Shown here in pieces: positions 1 through 13,329 of a stretch of 35,147 bases of DNA. The position numbers and the translations under genes were made by a program. Under the pieces are notes generated by a model, which had not been told where the DNA came from, made no database searches, and worked only from the letters and a program-made list of their open reading frames with translations. This DNA comes from Octopus bimaculoides (Eukaryota): positions 15,232,179 to 15,267,325 of the forward strand of contig NC_069004.1 of NCBI RefSeq assembly GCF_001194135.2, given 5' to 3'. Numbering within the stretch: the first letter of the stretch is position 1; every line of letters starts with the position of its first letter.

Positions 1-601
1 GCTGAGGAACTGTGATGGGGCGAATTAATTAATTTGTGACTGGTTGTTTTGTTTTTTGAACATCGTAGCATTGATGTTATTATTGTAATATTATATTGTA
101 ATTATTGAACAAAGGTTTTCGAGGGGTTGCCAGTCGGTGGGTGCTGGTGCCCCTCTCATTTTCTTTCATCCCTGTTTTTTCTCATTTCTCATTAATGTAC
201 TTGTCCAGCCCAAGCTTCTTGCCATTCTATGTACAGCCCTTGTGGCTAATCTAAATGAAATGAAATAAAGGAAAGCCCTTAACTACACAGAGTACAGTTG
301 TCACTCCATTAGGTATTTTCAAAATACCCGCTTACTCTAACCTACAGCATATATATGTGTATATTTGTGTGTGTGTGTATTGTGTATAAGATAGCAAACA
401 TGACCCATTATTTCTTTTGTAGTGGTTCTATATGTATTGGGTTTTATATACATGTGTGTGTGTATGCGCGCACATTTCTGAGTGTTTGTGTACATGTGTG
501 CAGTTTGTAAGTCTGTGTGTGGGTGTATCTGCGAATAATAAGGCCAAGCCCTTGAATAACAAGCCCAAGTCTTGGTTTCTAGGTTTTATTGCCTGAATGT
601 T

Positions 602-636
<35 letters not shown>

Positions 637-742
637 TCATATNNNNNNNNNNNNNNNNNNNNNNNNNNNNNNNNNNNNNNNNNNNNNNNNNNNNNNNNNN
701 NNNNNNNNNNNNNNNNNNNNNNNNNNNNNNNNNNNNNNNNNN

Positions 743-777
<35 letters not shown>

Positions 778-1380
778 TATATACACATAAATTGCTAATC
801 TAGATGAACCAGAATTGTTAAATGCTCATTATATTCATTATATTACACCAAGTATTAAAAATCAGTGTTATTCTATGCCACAAATTTACAGACATTATTC
901 CAGAAACAAAATGAAAAAAAATGTGCTTGAAGAAGACCAAGGAAGACATGAATAGAAGCAGTGAAAAGTGTCCTGGGGGACCAGGTCAACTTGTTCTGAT
1001 GTAAAAAAGAAGGCACAAACTTATTATAAAAGATGTTACTATTTTATTAATGAGGGTAACAAGGTAGTAGAGTAAATTTAGTTTGGTCGTTGTCCTGGAC
1101 ACTTCAATGATTCCACTTGAGCACACCATCCATTATGGCCCCACAATGCATGTTCTTAATTCATCAACATTTGCCATTTCACTGTCCTCAAGAAAGTTGT
1201 GCACATAGGTTCCCTTACCCTGTTGATTCTTCCTTCAACTGACTGGCATAATTTCAGTAGTCACACAGGTTCTTCTGGGTGCCTGACGAAATGATTAGCA
1301 ATTCTCATTCTTGTCTGCTGGATCTTCTCAGTCACTTTGGCTACATATTGATAAAGCTGCTCATTGGTCAAATGAGCTCT

Positions 1381-1834
1381 CCATGTAGCATGGCTGTTCG
1401 TACACATGCATCATACAGTCTGCCTTTTACTCTGAGCAAGAGGCCCTCTGTCACAAGCAGAGGTAAGAACTCTCTAAACTTTGCCCAGGCTATTCTCATT
1501 CTAGCAGCTACTCTTTAAGTGTACCCTTCCCCGCTACTGACTTGGTCACCTAGGTAACGGAAGCTAACAATTACTTCTAGTTTTTCTCCCTGGAATGTGG
1601 CGGAAGTTGTTCTCTGCACATTTTCAGTGTTTATCGCTCCTGAGCATCTGCCACATACAAAAACTATCTTCCCAGTTAGCNNNNNNNNNNGTTGTTCTCT
1701 GCACATTTTCAGTGTTTATCGCTCCTGAGCATCTGCCACATACAAAAACTATCTTCCCAGTTAGCCTTCCTTTGATATTGCTGCACCTCTTAAGTGTCCA
1801 TAGCTTATACTGGCTACATCTTATAGAGTTTCTA
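1381..1834 (-). mobile_element. RTE LINE fragment (family A, post-RT region)
   Basis: RNSIRCSQYKLW...CGRCSGAINTENVQ...FRYLGDQVSSG...RIAWAKFREFLPLLVTEGLLLRVKGRLYDACVRTAMLHG. Confidence 0.8.
1606..1765. other. 75-bp direct duplication around a 10-N gap (assembly artefact); other gaps at 643-742, 5972-5981, 12786-13056
   Basis: 1606-1680 is identical to 1691-1765 with NNNNNNNNNN between. Confidence 0.9.
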
Positions 1835-3619
1835 TCAGGGCCATCATTCTTTTGTAGCAGCCATCTATTTATTTTTCAAGCTTTTTGGTGAGGGTCCATG
1901 TTTCAGTACCATATAACAAAACCATGGAGAGAAACAACCTAATTTTCAATTTACTTGCCATCTAAGAACTCCAGACTTCATGCAGCTTGTGACATGCACT
2001 CCCAGCAAGTGTCTTCTGTACAACAAAGTCGTTTGCACTGCTTTGCTTTGAGGGTCAAAAAAATAAGTACCAGCTGGGCACTGGGGTCGATTTAATCAAC
2101 TTGGCTCTTACTCCAAAACTGCTGGCCTTGTGCCAAAATTTGAAACTAATAATTAGTCTTGTTCTTTTAATGATACAATAGCTGTAAGGCCATGGACTAC
2201 TGATCACATTGTTATGAGTTCAAATCTTATTAGTGTCATTGTTTAGTGCTCCTTGAGCAAAGCATTTAATTCTGCTAGATCCAGTTTGCCTCAGTGAACA
2301 AGCCTGCTTAATGATAGAGACTGTAAAAACAATTAAACAGTTGCTCACGCTGTTAGAAATAACAGCCAAACCTCACTCAAATCAAACCTTACTGCCTTGA
2401 TATATATATTAGACAAATTGCAAAAACAAAAAGAAAAAAGACAATTCACAGCTGGAATGTCTGATCATAGATCAGTGTAATTAAGGCTGACTTAGAGCTA
2501 AACAAGAATAACCATTTAATTAGACATGAAAGCTAGCCTCAATGAGGTCACTCGCAATGCTAGAAATAGTAGCCAAATATCCCTAAAATAGTGCCCTACC
2601 ATTTAAAAAAAAAAAAAGAGGATATTGTTTGATAATAATACAGTCATAAATAAATCACGACTGAAAGAAGATGGGATCACTAGGGTAGGAATACTTTAAA
2701 TCATGTTTGTTTTAATCAGGACTGAGCCGAGACTAATTTACCAATAGCAGCCACTACTCTAACCATGCAACCGCAGAAAAATAAGAGACAAAATGCATTC
2801 TATGTTCAAATCTTGTTCAGGTATTCAATACCCAGTACTGAAAAACTACCAGCTGTGAACTGAGAATTCCATCAGCTTTGCACCTCACCCTAACCCTAAC
2901 CCTTTACCCAGGATTTAGAAAATGTGGAAGAAAAAGAATAAAAAGACAAAAATAAGAAAACCCTATTAATACTAAGATAATCATTTTAGTGCAGTGAGTA
3001 ACAAGTCTAACTGTTTTGTAGTATCTACTCCAGTTGCTCTGAGTTCAATATCAGCTGAATTTCTGCATTTCAGCTTTCCAGTTGGTAAAGCAGATTGACT
3101 AGTAAGATAATCGGGTCAATTCTATTATTGTTCCCATTCGTAATAATAATTTTTTTTTAAAAACCTTACTATTGTATTAATACTTGCAGGAATGTAGTAG
3201 TAGTAGTAGTAGTAGTAATTTGTTAAATAAGAATATGTCTTTACATAGCAAAATAACAGTCACTGTCTACAAAATTAACATTATTGTAGCTTTAATTCTA
3301 TCATCATTATTCATATAATTTTAAATTAAAAAAAAAAAAAGAAATAGAAATTATTTATTATTATTATTATAGTTATTGTTATGTTTTTCCCTGCTCGCAA
3401 CTGACCCAGTTTCAATTTGCAATTGGAACCAGTTTAATTACATCGTTGATGCCTTTGGAAAGGCCCGAACGGTAACATCAGCTTCCACACCACTCCAGCC
3501 TGGTTCTCATTAATTCCATTGAGATTCAATGAAGCACTCCTTTCACTATTTTGTTGGTACAAAATAAATCAGTCCAGCTAATGCTGTTCTCTGCTATTGA
3601 CTACCAAGTGCTTTAATCA

Positions 3620-3683
<64 letters not shown>

Positions 3684-3959
3684 CCACGACACCGCCATAC
3701 ATAACTATAGCTTCATCAAAGTCAATGAAATGGATACCAGTTCGATTTCCACTAAAATATAGTAGTTATTTTACATGTGAACGAATGGATAAATGTGTGT
3801 GTGTTTATACACATACAAGTTGCATGGTCGTATACTTATAAATACACACACACACATAATCACAAACACACATACTGCATGTATCTATGTATGTTTGACG
3901 AGGAGATAGGGAAAAGATCATGGTGAGTCACTCATAGTTTAAAATGATTCCAAGACTAA

Positions 3960-4984
3960 ACATCGAAATAGAATGTCTTCCAATTGAGTGTAGGACGAGT
4001 GGGGTGAAGAGTATTAGAATTAGTGGTTTTTGGGGTAGAGGGAATGATCATTTCCTCGATTTTCTTTTATTTAATGCCTTTCGCCAACGGATAGTGAAAA
4101 ACGGATAATTTATTTGGTGATTTTAGCAACAAGCCATCAATCAAGGTTGTACGTAAATCAAATACAAAGCCATTGACAAACAGCCAAATATTGGGATCGA
4201 TAAGTAAATAAATGGAGATCGATTTTGGGAGGGCTAAACAAAGAACTACAATGTCAGGAATGGTTGTAGTTGATGGAGGAATTTTGTTGCATATTGTTTA
4301 TGGAGAGGGAATGTTAACGATTACCAAGAAAGAAAATATGATTCTGTTATAGTAATAAACATATAAGTCTTCATTCACCAATAAGTCTGCTAGAATATAT
4401 ATGATTAATGAAATAAATGGAACAAAGAAATCGTTCGTTCCATTATGAACACAATTCCATTAGTAAATGGCTGTATTATTTAGCAAAATCATCCAAATGA
4501 TACACACATATATGAGGATATATAGAATTCAAATTGTACGGATGGAGTAAAATAGTGTAGATTAGTGGTTAGGAAGTTGTTGTTGGAATTAGGATTGGTT
4601 GGCGATAATTAGATAGGTGAGTGGTTAAATAATAGCAGAGCCGTGTTGTTGGAGATAAACATATCGGAGAGTAGCTTTGAGAATAGGTAAACAAAAGTGA
4701 ATGGCAAAATCTCAACGGTGGAACAACTTAACAGGAAAAAACATATTTATGGTTGAGAAAGAGGAAGAGTAAATTGTCGAAGAAGCAGCTGGGGTAAAAA
4801 AATGTGAGGAAAAAAGTAATGGAATATATTTTGTTACTGTTCGAAGCTATATTTATTTGGGGGGTACTTTTATATTTTATGTAATCTAAGAAGTCCGGGT
4901 TGGATAATTGACTAAAGGAGCTGGTTCGCCTGTTGTCTGCAACTACAATCTTGATAATAGTTTGACAGTAACCAAAACAAACAG
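3960..4984 (-). mobile_element. Highly decayed coding-like relic, possibly LINE apurinic endonuclease region
   Basis: Fragments LDYIKYKSTPQINIA and CIIWDDF weakly recall APE motifs. No intact frame. Confidence 0.3.
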
Positions 4985-4985
4985 T

Positions 4986-5402
4986 TATATGTATATAAAT
5001 ATATACATACACACACGCATGTATATATGTATATAAATATATATACACACACACGCATGTATATATGTATATAAATATATATACACACACACACGCATGT
5101 ATATATGTATATAATATATACACACACACACACACACACGCATGTATATATGTATATAAATATATACACACACACATACGCATGTATATATTGTATATAA
5201 ATATATACACACACACGCATGTATATATGTATATAAATACACACACACGCATGTATATATGTATATAAATACACACACACACACACACGCATGTATATAT
5301 GTATATAAATACACACACACGTATGTATATATGTATATAGATATACACACACACACGCGCATGTATATATGTATATAAATATATACACACACACACGCAT
5401 GT
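4986..5402. repeat. Compound minisatellite, about 11 units of GCATGTATATATGTATATAAATATATATAC(AC)n
   Basis: Read directly; unit length varies through the (AC)n part. Confidence 0.9.
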
Positions 5403-6257
5403 ATGTATGTATTAAAGTGGAGTCTGACGGACTAGCCTGTCTGTGGGCTACACTTAAACTATATTCGATTATTTATTGAGTACTCGATTAATATTAGCCA
5501 TGCTCCTCACTGAGCTATGTTTTATGACTTATCGTCAAAATGCATTATTTTTAAATGAAATTTTATAGGGGCACGTTCCCGAAGGTGCAGATCACAATTT
5601 TCCGGATGAAATTCTAGAAGAACCAAGAATTTTGAGGAATTTTGGATAGTTCTCGCAACCTTTATTTATTATTATTATTTTTTTCTTTTTACCTTTACAT
5701 TATTTTTTGCTTGAAACATCAACATTACACAATCAAACACTCTGGAAAACCTATTTCTCAATAAAATGCCATTTAAAAAGAGATTTCTGGGAAAGCAGTC
5801 GGGAACTTGAGCAGGGGAGAAATGCATCAAAACCCCCTTAAAAATTTTTTATTTTGATTTCAACAGAATCGTAATGTAAACGTATCGCTGCCAAAATTTC
5901 ATTAAAAAAATATCTAATGAAGAAACAAAATCTAGACTGGAGCACCAAACTGTAGTCATATACACACACACNNNNNNNNNNAGAAAAAAAGGAAAAACGA
6001 AAATCGAAGATACTGAAATAAATGAACAAATAAATAAATAGATAAATAAATAAACAAATAAATGAAATAAATGCATAAATAAATAAACGCAGGAATAATG
6101 AAAGAAATAGAAAAGTTGAAGGACAAAATTAATATATATACATACATATACACATACATACATACATACATATACACATACATACATACACACACATACA
6201 TACACATACACACACATACATATATATATATGTATATATATATATATACATATATAT

Positions 6258-6297
<40 letters not shown>

Positions 6298-7462
6298 GTT
6301 TATTTATTAAAATAAGAGATGCCACACTGTTGCTACTCAGAGTTTTTAAATCGATCACTAGAATTGTTGTTCAGCCTCAGGTTAGTTGTGACAAAGCAGA
6401 CTTATATTAAAAAGGCAATCTAGCCGTGACTATCCGGTCTTTTTCAAATGTTTAAGATACAGTGTAACCACATACAGCAACACTGTCCATTGTGTAATTC
6501 TTTTAAGACGCGATGAGGGAGATTTGGCTGCTATTTCTGGTAGATCGAACGACTGCGAAGAGGCTCTCTTGTTGGCTTTTGTGACTGAGAGTTGTTGACA
6601 AAAGGTTACGAAATTTATTGATGAGAGAGGAAGTATTTGTTGAACAAAATGGTGATAAAACTGTCCCTGAATCAGAATGGAAGGGCAAAGTGTAGACATT
6701 TATTTTTCCCGTATAAGTTAATAGATATTATAAATATTAATAATAATAATATAATGCGTACGGATTCAAGAAATTTGTACGTTTGTGTTGGGCGGAAAGG
6801 AAGAACTACTAACCTGCAAGAGCCTGCTGAAGGAAGCAGGTCGAAGGGAAGAAAAGAAACAGCAGTAGCATCCATAGCAACATATTCCTCCAGCCAGTGT
6901 CTTGAAGCAGAGATGCGAGGTTAGTCCGATGTCGGTGGTGGTGATGCTGTTGGTATCTAGGAGCAGAAGGAAATGGTAGTGGTGTTCGCAGTGGTGTTGA
7001 AGTAGAAAACAGACTTGCTCCACAGGATTCCATCACCCAAGTCTTAAGCGAATAACGGACGACGATAAATAAATACTATTGTTATTATTATTATATAAGC
7101 CAATTGCCACTGCCTGACCACGTCTCTTCTTTTCTACTTTCCCTAGTGGCGACATGCACAGACCTCTGGCAGCAGCTTAACAATGTGAAAAGAGAAAATA
7201 AATTAATTAAAGCCAGCCTGGTCATAGAGGAAGGCTGAAGCAATGAAATACTAGAGTCGTCTCCGCCGCCTCCATCCTTGCATCACTCCGCTCTTTATAC
7301 ACTTTACCTCCAAACTCTAGAGAAGTCTCCAAAATAAACCTTCTCAATGACTTGTGTTATTCATTTCTTTTTCTACTAGACATTCACCCAGAATGTTATC
7401 AGAGATATTTTTTTTTAATCCCCAGTCATAATTCATATGTTTTACACACACTAACACACATG

Positions 7463-7577
<115 letters not shown>

Positions 7578-7640
7578 TAATGTATATGATATACAACAAT
7601 ATATATTATATATACACATGATATATATATAATACACACG

Positions 7641-7846
7641 TTCTTTTATTTGTTCCAGTCGTTTGACTGCGGCCATGCTGGAGCACCGCCTTTAATCGAA
7701 CAAATCGACTTCAGGGCTTATTGTTTGTAAGCCAAGTACTTATTCTATCGGTCTCTTTTGCCGAACCGCTATGCTACGGGGACGTAAACACACCAACATC
7801 GGTCGTCAAGCGATAGTGGGGGGGACAAACACAGACACACAAACGT

Positions 7847-7920
<74 letters not shown>

Positions 7921-8006
7921 GACGAGCTTCTTTCAGTTTCCGTCTACCAAATCCGGAACCATGTGGTTGGTAAGCAAGTTACTTACCACATAGCCACTCC
8001 TGCGCC
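7641..8006 (-). mobile_element. CORE-like SINE copy with 76-bp internal deletion
   Basis: Lacks the segment equivalent to 9617-9692; junction aaatcc|ggaacc. Confidence 0.8.
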
Positions 8007-8064
8007 TATACATAATACATATATATGATATACATAATACATATAATATATATATGATATATTC

Positions 8065-8190
8065 CACCGAGCTCAACTTTGCCTTTCATCCTTTCGGGGT
8101 CGATTAATTAAATACCAGTTGCATACTGGGGTCAATCTAATCAACTGGCCCCCTCCCCAAAAAATTTCCAGCCTTGAGCTTAGAGTAGAA
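8065..8190 (+). mobile_element. Nin/Deu-like SINE, 5' truncated
   Basis: ttgcctttcatcctttcggggtcgat...ctggggtcaatctaatcaact...agagtagaaaaga. Confidence 0.75.
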
Positions 8191-8321
8191 AAGAATATAT
8201 ATATGATATATACAATATATATAATATATAAGATATATATCTATATATAACATATATATATATTCTTTTATCCTTTTATGTGTTTGAGCTCAAAGGCTGT
8301 GGCCATACTGGGGCACTGTCA

Positions 8322-8885
8322 GTAATATCACTTTTCAATGGCCATTCTTTTGTTACTGGCTTTTGGAGAATGTGGGAGGTGAGGATTTGATATTGTGGCC
8401 CTGTTTTGAGTTTCTTGCTGTGATGTAGGTTCATCTCAGACCTTGGATAGCAAGAAGTCAAGTTGTTTCTTGAAACATTTACCCTATTTCTTGTAGATCT
8501 CTCAGATGTTTTGGCAAGATTTTAAATACCTGTGGTCTTTTGCAGTACATAGTCCTCACTCTAGACAGGACAGGTGGAACATATGGAACAATGCAGTGAC
8601 ATCAATTTCAGGGACTGGTGAAATTCTCAATGCCAAAGTTTGGTGCCAATCCTTCTAGGATCTTCTATATGTATACCACTGCATGTTTCTAAAAGAGTTA
8701 CAAGTAGAGACTTAACTCTCTCAGTCTCTCCCAGTAGCTCAGTTGTTCCATTGATGCAATCTTCCTGGTGTAGCACCAATTTAACTGCCCCAAGTTTTGC
8801 TATTAATTTTACACTGTGGGGTGACCACAGTTGAGAACAATAGTCCCGACAACTCAGGATAAATGTCCTCCATAAAGCAAATATA
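8322..8885 (-). mobile_element. Decayed CR1/L2-like LINE, RT C-terminal region
   Basis: LWRTFILSCRDYCSQLWSPHSVKLIAKL resembles the clade motif SRLDYCSQLWSP. Many stops and frameshifts. Confidence 0.6.
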
Positions 8886-9328
8886 TAGTACATAGTAGTG
8901 GGAGGAGAAAATAGATTTCACGGTTAAGGTTTATAATGAGACTAATGTTAGTAATAGAGGTGTAAGATGGGAGGAAGGGGGAAGGGTGGTTTAGGCAGTG
9001 ATAACCTTTGTGATAGTTTGTATGAAGATTACAGAGTTAAAGGTTGAGATCATGAAAAATGCTTGTTATTAGTTGGGGGAAATGAGTCGACTGGTTCAGT
9101 AGCTGAGGAGGTGGTCAAAAGTAGTTGTTAGTGAGATAAAGGAATCGGGTTGGTATTGGAAGTGGGGTGTTGTTGAATGGTTTTAACAGTTTGCTAGGAT
9201 GAAGCATTATGAGGTTTCTATTTTATATAAAAGTACTCTACATTTTTAGGGCCTAAATTGGTTTATATATCCTTCTTCTCCTACTTGGTCCGTAAATCCC
9301 TAATCCCTTTCTAAATTTTAAAATTTTA

Positions 9329-9744
9329 TTACTCTTTACTCTTTTACCCTTTTACTTGTTTTAGTCACTTGACTGCGGCCATGCTGGAGCACCGCCTTTA
9401 GTCGAGAAAATCGACCCCAGGACTTATTCTTTGTAAGCCTAATACTTATTCTATCGGTCTCTTTTTGCCGAACCGCTAAGTTACGGGGACGTAAACACAC
9501 CAGCATTGGTTGTCAAGTGATGGTGGGGGGACAAACACAGATACACAAACACACATACATATATATATATATACATATATACGACGGGCTTCTTTCAGTT
9601 TCCGTCTACCAAATCCACTCACAAGGCTTTGGTTGGTCCGAGGCTATAGTAGAAGACACTTGCCCAAGGTGCCACGCAGTGGGACTGAACCCGGAACCAT
9701 GTGGTTGGTAAGCAAGCTACTTACCACACAGCCACTCCTGCGCC
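9329..9744 (-). mobile_element. tRNA-derived CORE-like SINE with internal microsatellite (most complete copy)
   Basis: Minus strand: head GTGGTAAGTAGCTTGC...GGTTCCGGGTTCAGTCCC, CORE-like GGCACCTTGGGCAAGTG, internal (TA/TG)n, tail GTCAAATGACTGAAACAAGTAAAA. Confidence 0.85.
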
Positions 9745-10559
9745 TTATTATTGTAATATAAAAATTTTGCTGAATTTGGATATACACGTTTCCCCCTGTA
9801 CCCTTAATGCACATTTAGATCTCATTGTGACCCCCTTTGTTTTCTATTATTGGCCCCTTTTAAATTAATAATAATAAAATAGTTTATGTCACCCCCTACC
9901 CTCCCTCTTTCTGGACATATACCATTATCTTTCTGACATCTTCTGAGACATGTTCCTTTAAGTAGTCATAGCAAATTTATAACCACAGTAAAATAGGAGC
10001 AGGGAAGAGTATCTGACATTAATCAATTTATCACCAGCAGCTGGAACTTAATTGTCAACCCCCCCCCCCCGGTGGTTTTAATTCTAAGTGGATGTAGAAT
10101 ACTAGCTGCATTAGATCTTTTGATTGTAATAAGGAGATAGATAAACGTAGCCATATTACCATCTCATGACCCCTATTGTTATTCTCTTCTGCCACTCCAA
10201 ATTATAGTTGGGGTATTTTCTCCCTGAGTTCATTCTGCTACAATAATAGCAACAAGCATGTAATTCTTTTATTCTCTAGTTCCGATGAAAAATTTGCTAA
10301 AAAAATTATAATGAAGTATCCTCTATGTTGAAAACCTATATGGTCTTATATATATGCATCCTTTCAGATCACCATATCAAAACCACAACCAACTGTTATC
10401 CCAATCAATACCTACTTTATCTAGTGAACTGCCTGTGCATTAGTTTGTTTTTCCATTCTTTTTTGAATTCTTTTTCACTCTCTTCTTGCATTCATTTGGT
10501 ATTACTACAGCAGCAGATTTCAGTGTGTTGAGTTCTCTTACTTTTGTAATAAAGTTACC

Positions 10560-11930
10560 CTTTACATTTTTAAGGTACCAAGCTAGTTGTTTTCTTCACT
10601 GTGCACATTCGCACAGTCTCAACCAGCTTCTCTGTTTCAAGCTCTGTTTCTGCGAACAGTTCTAAATCATCCATGAAGAGAAGGGAGTTGAGATGAAGTT
10701 CATTCTTTCTCAGCTCATAGTGCACGTTGATTTTTGCATAGGATTACAGAAAGTAGGATCAAAGCTATAACAAATAACAGAGGTGAAGAAGGAGTCTCCT
10801 TGGAAGATACCTCTTTTGATTGTTACCTTGGCTAAGTGCTGGTTGTTACAGGAAAGATGTGTTTTCCAACTAAGCATGCTGTTCTTAATCGGTGTACATA
10901 CATTCTCAGCTATTCCGCACAGGTCAAGTGTTTCCAAAATCGACGAATATGGCAACATGTCATAAGCCTTTTTGAAGTCTATCCAAGCCATGCATTAGTT
11001 TTTTGTTTTTTTTGTACCTTTTACAGTTCTTCATTATAACCTTGTCTATCACAAGGTGGTCCTTGGTGCCCTAGGATCCTTTTCGACATCCCTTTTATTC
11101 TACTGGCAGTAGATTGTTTTCCACAAGGAACGTATATATTTTCCCTGCAAGGGTACCTGTTAATACTTTCCATAGGAGTTAAGGCAAGCAATGGTTTGGT
11201 AATTGCCAACCTCATTGCCCTTTGACCGATCTTTCATTAACAATGTTGTTTTTCCTTCTACCATCCGCTCCAGAACTGCACCACTCTGTAGGCAATAGTC
11301 TAATTGCAATGCAATTCTCTTGTATATTGACCTAAACCACTTGAACCAGTAGCCTTGAATTCCACCTGGTCTTGCCGCTTTCCAGTTTGGCAGTTTTGAT
11401 ATCTGTGCAACAACATCTTCCATTGTTATGCGCACATGGTCCTGTCATGGAGCCTCCAGGTGATGGAGTTCAGATCTCATGGAATGAATCCACTCAACAC
11501 TGTGGTTGTGTGAAACTTCTTGGCCCCAGATCTTATTCCAAAATTGGCAGGTTTCTTCTGCTTCAGGAGGTGCATTATCTTCCGTATTTCCTCTTAAAAA
11601 TAACCGGTTTTGCTGGAACTGCAATATGCAATCAGTGTACCACTGCACCTTTAATATTTTAGCCATGTTGTTTTAGAGTTCTGATGACAGTTTTGAACCC
11701 CTTCTTTTCTATTTGGTACTTTGTGTCAAGATATGCCCTTGCATTTTTTTCTCCATTTTCCCATTGCCCTTTGGACCATTCTTCTATGTAGCTCAGATCT
11801 TTACACAAAGTTAGAATATCACCTTCAATTCTCCGCTTCCACCATGGCTCCCTCTGTCCATCTACATTCCTCTCTTTCTTTCCAACCAGTTCACCTACTA
11901 AAATTGAAGCAAATCTGATCAAGTCCCTTG
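10560..11930 (-). mobile_element. R4/Dong-like non-LTR retrotransposon internal fragment (frameshifted RT)
   Basis: WWKRRIEGDI, KLPNWKAARPGGIQGYWFK, AWIDFKKAYDMLPYS, IKRGIFQGDS and LLFMDDLELFA (about 10665-10676) occur in order over several frames. Confidence 0.85.
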
Positions 11931-12439
11931 TTTCTTTTTTTTTTTTTTAAACATAAGGACACAGGAAATGTGTCAAGGCTGACAGGAAGCAGTGCAGCTT
12001 CCTAGGTCTAACCAACAGTAGTATTATTCCCTTCAGGGGACTGTCATATTAAGTTGGCAGCATACAACTACTCCCTTGTTTCTGTTAGATCTTTTGTTAG
12101 AATGTATTTCAGAATATTGATATTGTTTGTGTTACCATTATTGTTGTTATTGTTGTTATTATTATCATCATCATCATCATCATCATCATCAATATTTCCA
12201 AAGCGCCACTTATACGTTCAAGGTCATATACTATCAATTCCATTCACTACTAAAACACTTACCTGCACCTAACATTTTCTTCCTATCCTATCCCCTAAAA
12301 TTCTTGATCACAATTTGCTACTCTTTCTCCTTTTCTTTACATTTTGTAAGCAAACATACAGATACAGCCAACCCATTTCCTTTCACTATTTATTTGTACT
12401 TCTTCCCCAATTCCTCACTTCAAATAGCTTTCTCTCTCT

Positions 12440-12491
<52 letters not shown>

Positions 12492-12584
12492 TTCGTTCTA
12501 GCTCTTTTCTTTCTCCCCCTCTATATACATATTCATCTTCCAAACTTAGTGGCAAACTTACTGCTCTAACCATATATATATATA

Positions 12585-12785
12585 TTTTTTTACTTGTTTC
12601 AGTCATTTGACTGCAGCCTTGCTGGAGCACCACCTTAAATACAGTTTTTAGTTTAAGAAATCAACCCCAGGACTTTTCTACCAATCTCTTTTGCTGAACC
12701 ACTAAGTTACGGGTACACAAATACACCAACATTGGTTGTCAAGCAATGGTGGCGGGACTAACATAGATACAAAGACACACACACA
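12585..12785 (-). mobile_element. CORE-like SINE 3' half, truncated by N gap at its internal microsatellite
   Basis: Similarity to 9350-9550. Confidence 0.75.
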
Positions 12786-13056
12786 NNNNNNNNNNNNNNN
12801 NNNNNNNNNNNNNNNNNNNNNNNNNNNNNNNNNNNNNNNNNNNNNNNNNNNNNNNNNNNNNNNNNNNNNNNNNNNNNNNNNNNNNNNNNNNNNNNNNNNN
12901 NNNNNNNNNNNNNNNNNNNNNNNNNNNNNNNNNNNNNNNNNNNNNNNNNNNNNNNNNNNNNNNNNNNNNNNNNNNNNNNNNNNNNNNNNNNNNNNNNNNN
13001 NNNNNNNNNNNNNNNNNNNNNNNNNNNNNNNNNNNNNNNNNNNNNNNNNNNNNNNN

Positions 13057-13252
13057 ATCTGTAAAAATATGTGACACTTATTCGGTAGCCATGATAAAAC
13101 TCCGAGTTTCGGATGCCAGGGTGGGAACCCACGCCAACATCTCCTCAGTTATCCAGATAACTGAAGAGATGTTGGCGTGGGCTCCCACCCTGGCATCCGA
13201 AACTCGGAGTTTTATCATGGCTACCCAATAAGTGTCACATATTTTTACAGAT
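13057..13252. mobile_element. Fold-back element A with hammerhead motifs in both arms (left end lost in N gap)
   Basis: 97-bp inverted arms, 2-nt centre (13154-13155), 3 mismatches. CTGAAGA at 13161 (+) and CTGAGGA at 13142-13148 (-). Confidence 0.8.
13153..13220 (+). ncRNA. Type I hammerhead ribozyme (mirror copy on - strand in left arm)
   Basis: Helix I CCA-GAUAA/UUAUC-(A)-UGG; core CUGAAGA 13161-13167; helix II GAUGUUGG/CUGGCAUC with inner GUGGG/CCCAC hairpin and one extra C; GAAA 13199-13202; quasi-palindromic helix III ACUC-G-GAGU; predicted cleavage GUU after 13211. Confidence 0.75.
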
Positions 13253-13329
13253 AAATTCCTCTATTTACATAATATTGAGGTCTCTTTCTTTCTTTTGTTG
13301 TCCTTTGCCAGTTCACAGTTGTTTCTATG

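Larger units (their letters stand above)
1075..2030 (-). mobile_element. Decayed RTE LINE 3' end (family B) interrupted by an RTE family A fragment
   Basis: KLKIRLFLSMVLLYGTETWTLTKKLEK*IDGCYKRMMAL at 1975-1835 resumes as TWRAHLTNEQLY...MRIANHFVRHPEE from 1386 downward. Confidence 0.7.

Noticed and set aside
1606-1765. 75-bp tandem duplication as a biological event
   Set aside because: Identical copies flanking a 10-N gap are typical of an unmerged contig overlap.
4728-5400. Long ORFs of 135-222 aa, and many similar YI/CV/HT-rich ORFs elsewhere
   Set aside because: They are translations of (TA)n/(CA)n repeats, which lack stop codons.
5420-5465. CTGACGG followed by a TAGCC/GGCTA stem as a hammerhead relic
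   Set aside because: The core is mismatched and there is no GAAA.
6430-7060. Several 60-95 aa ORFs as a host exon
   Set aside because: No recognisable domain or paired splice signals; at most a weak resemblance to a LINE 3' end plus a short dispersed repeat.
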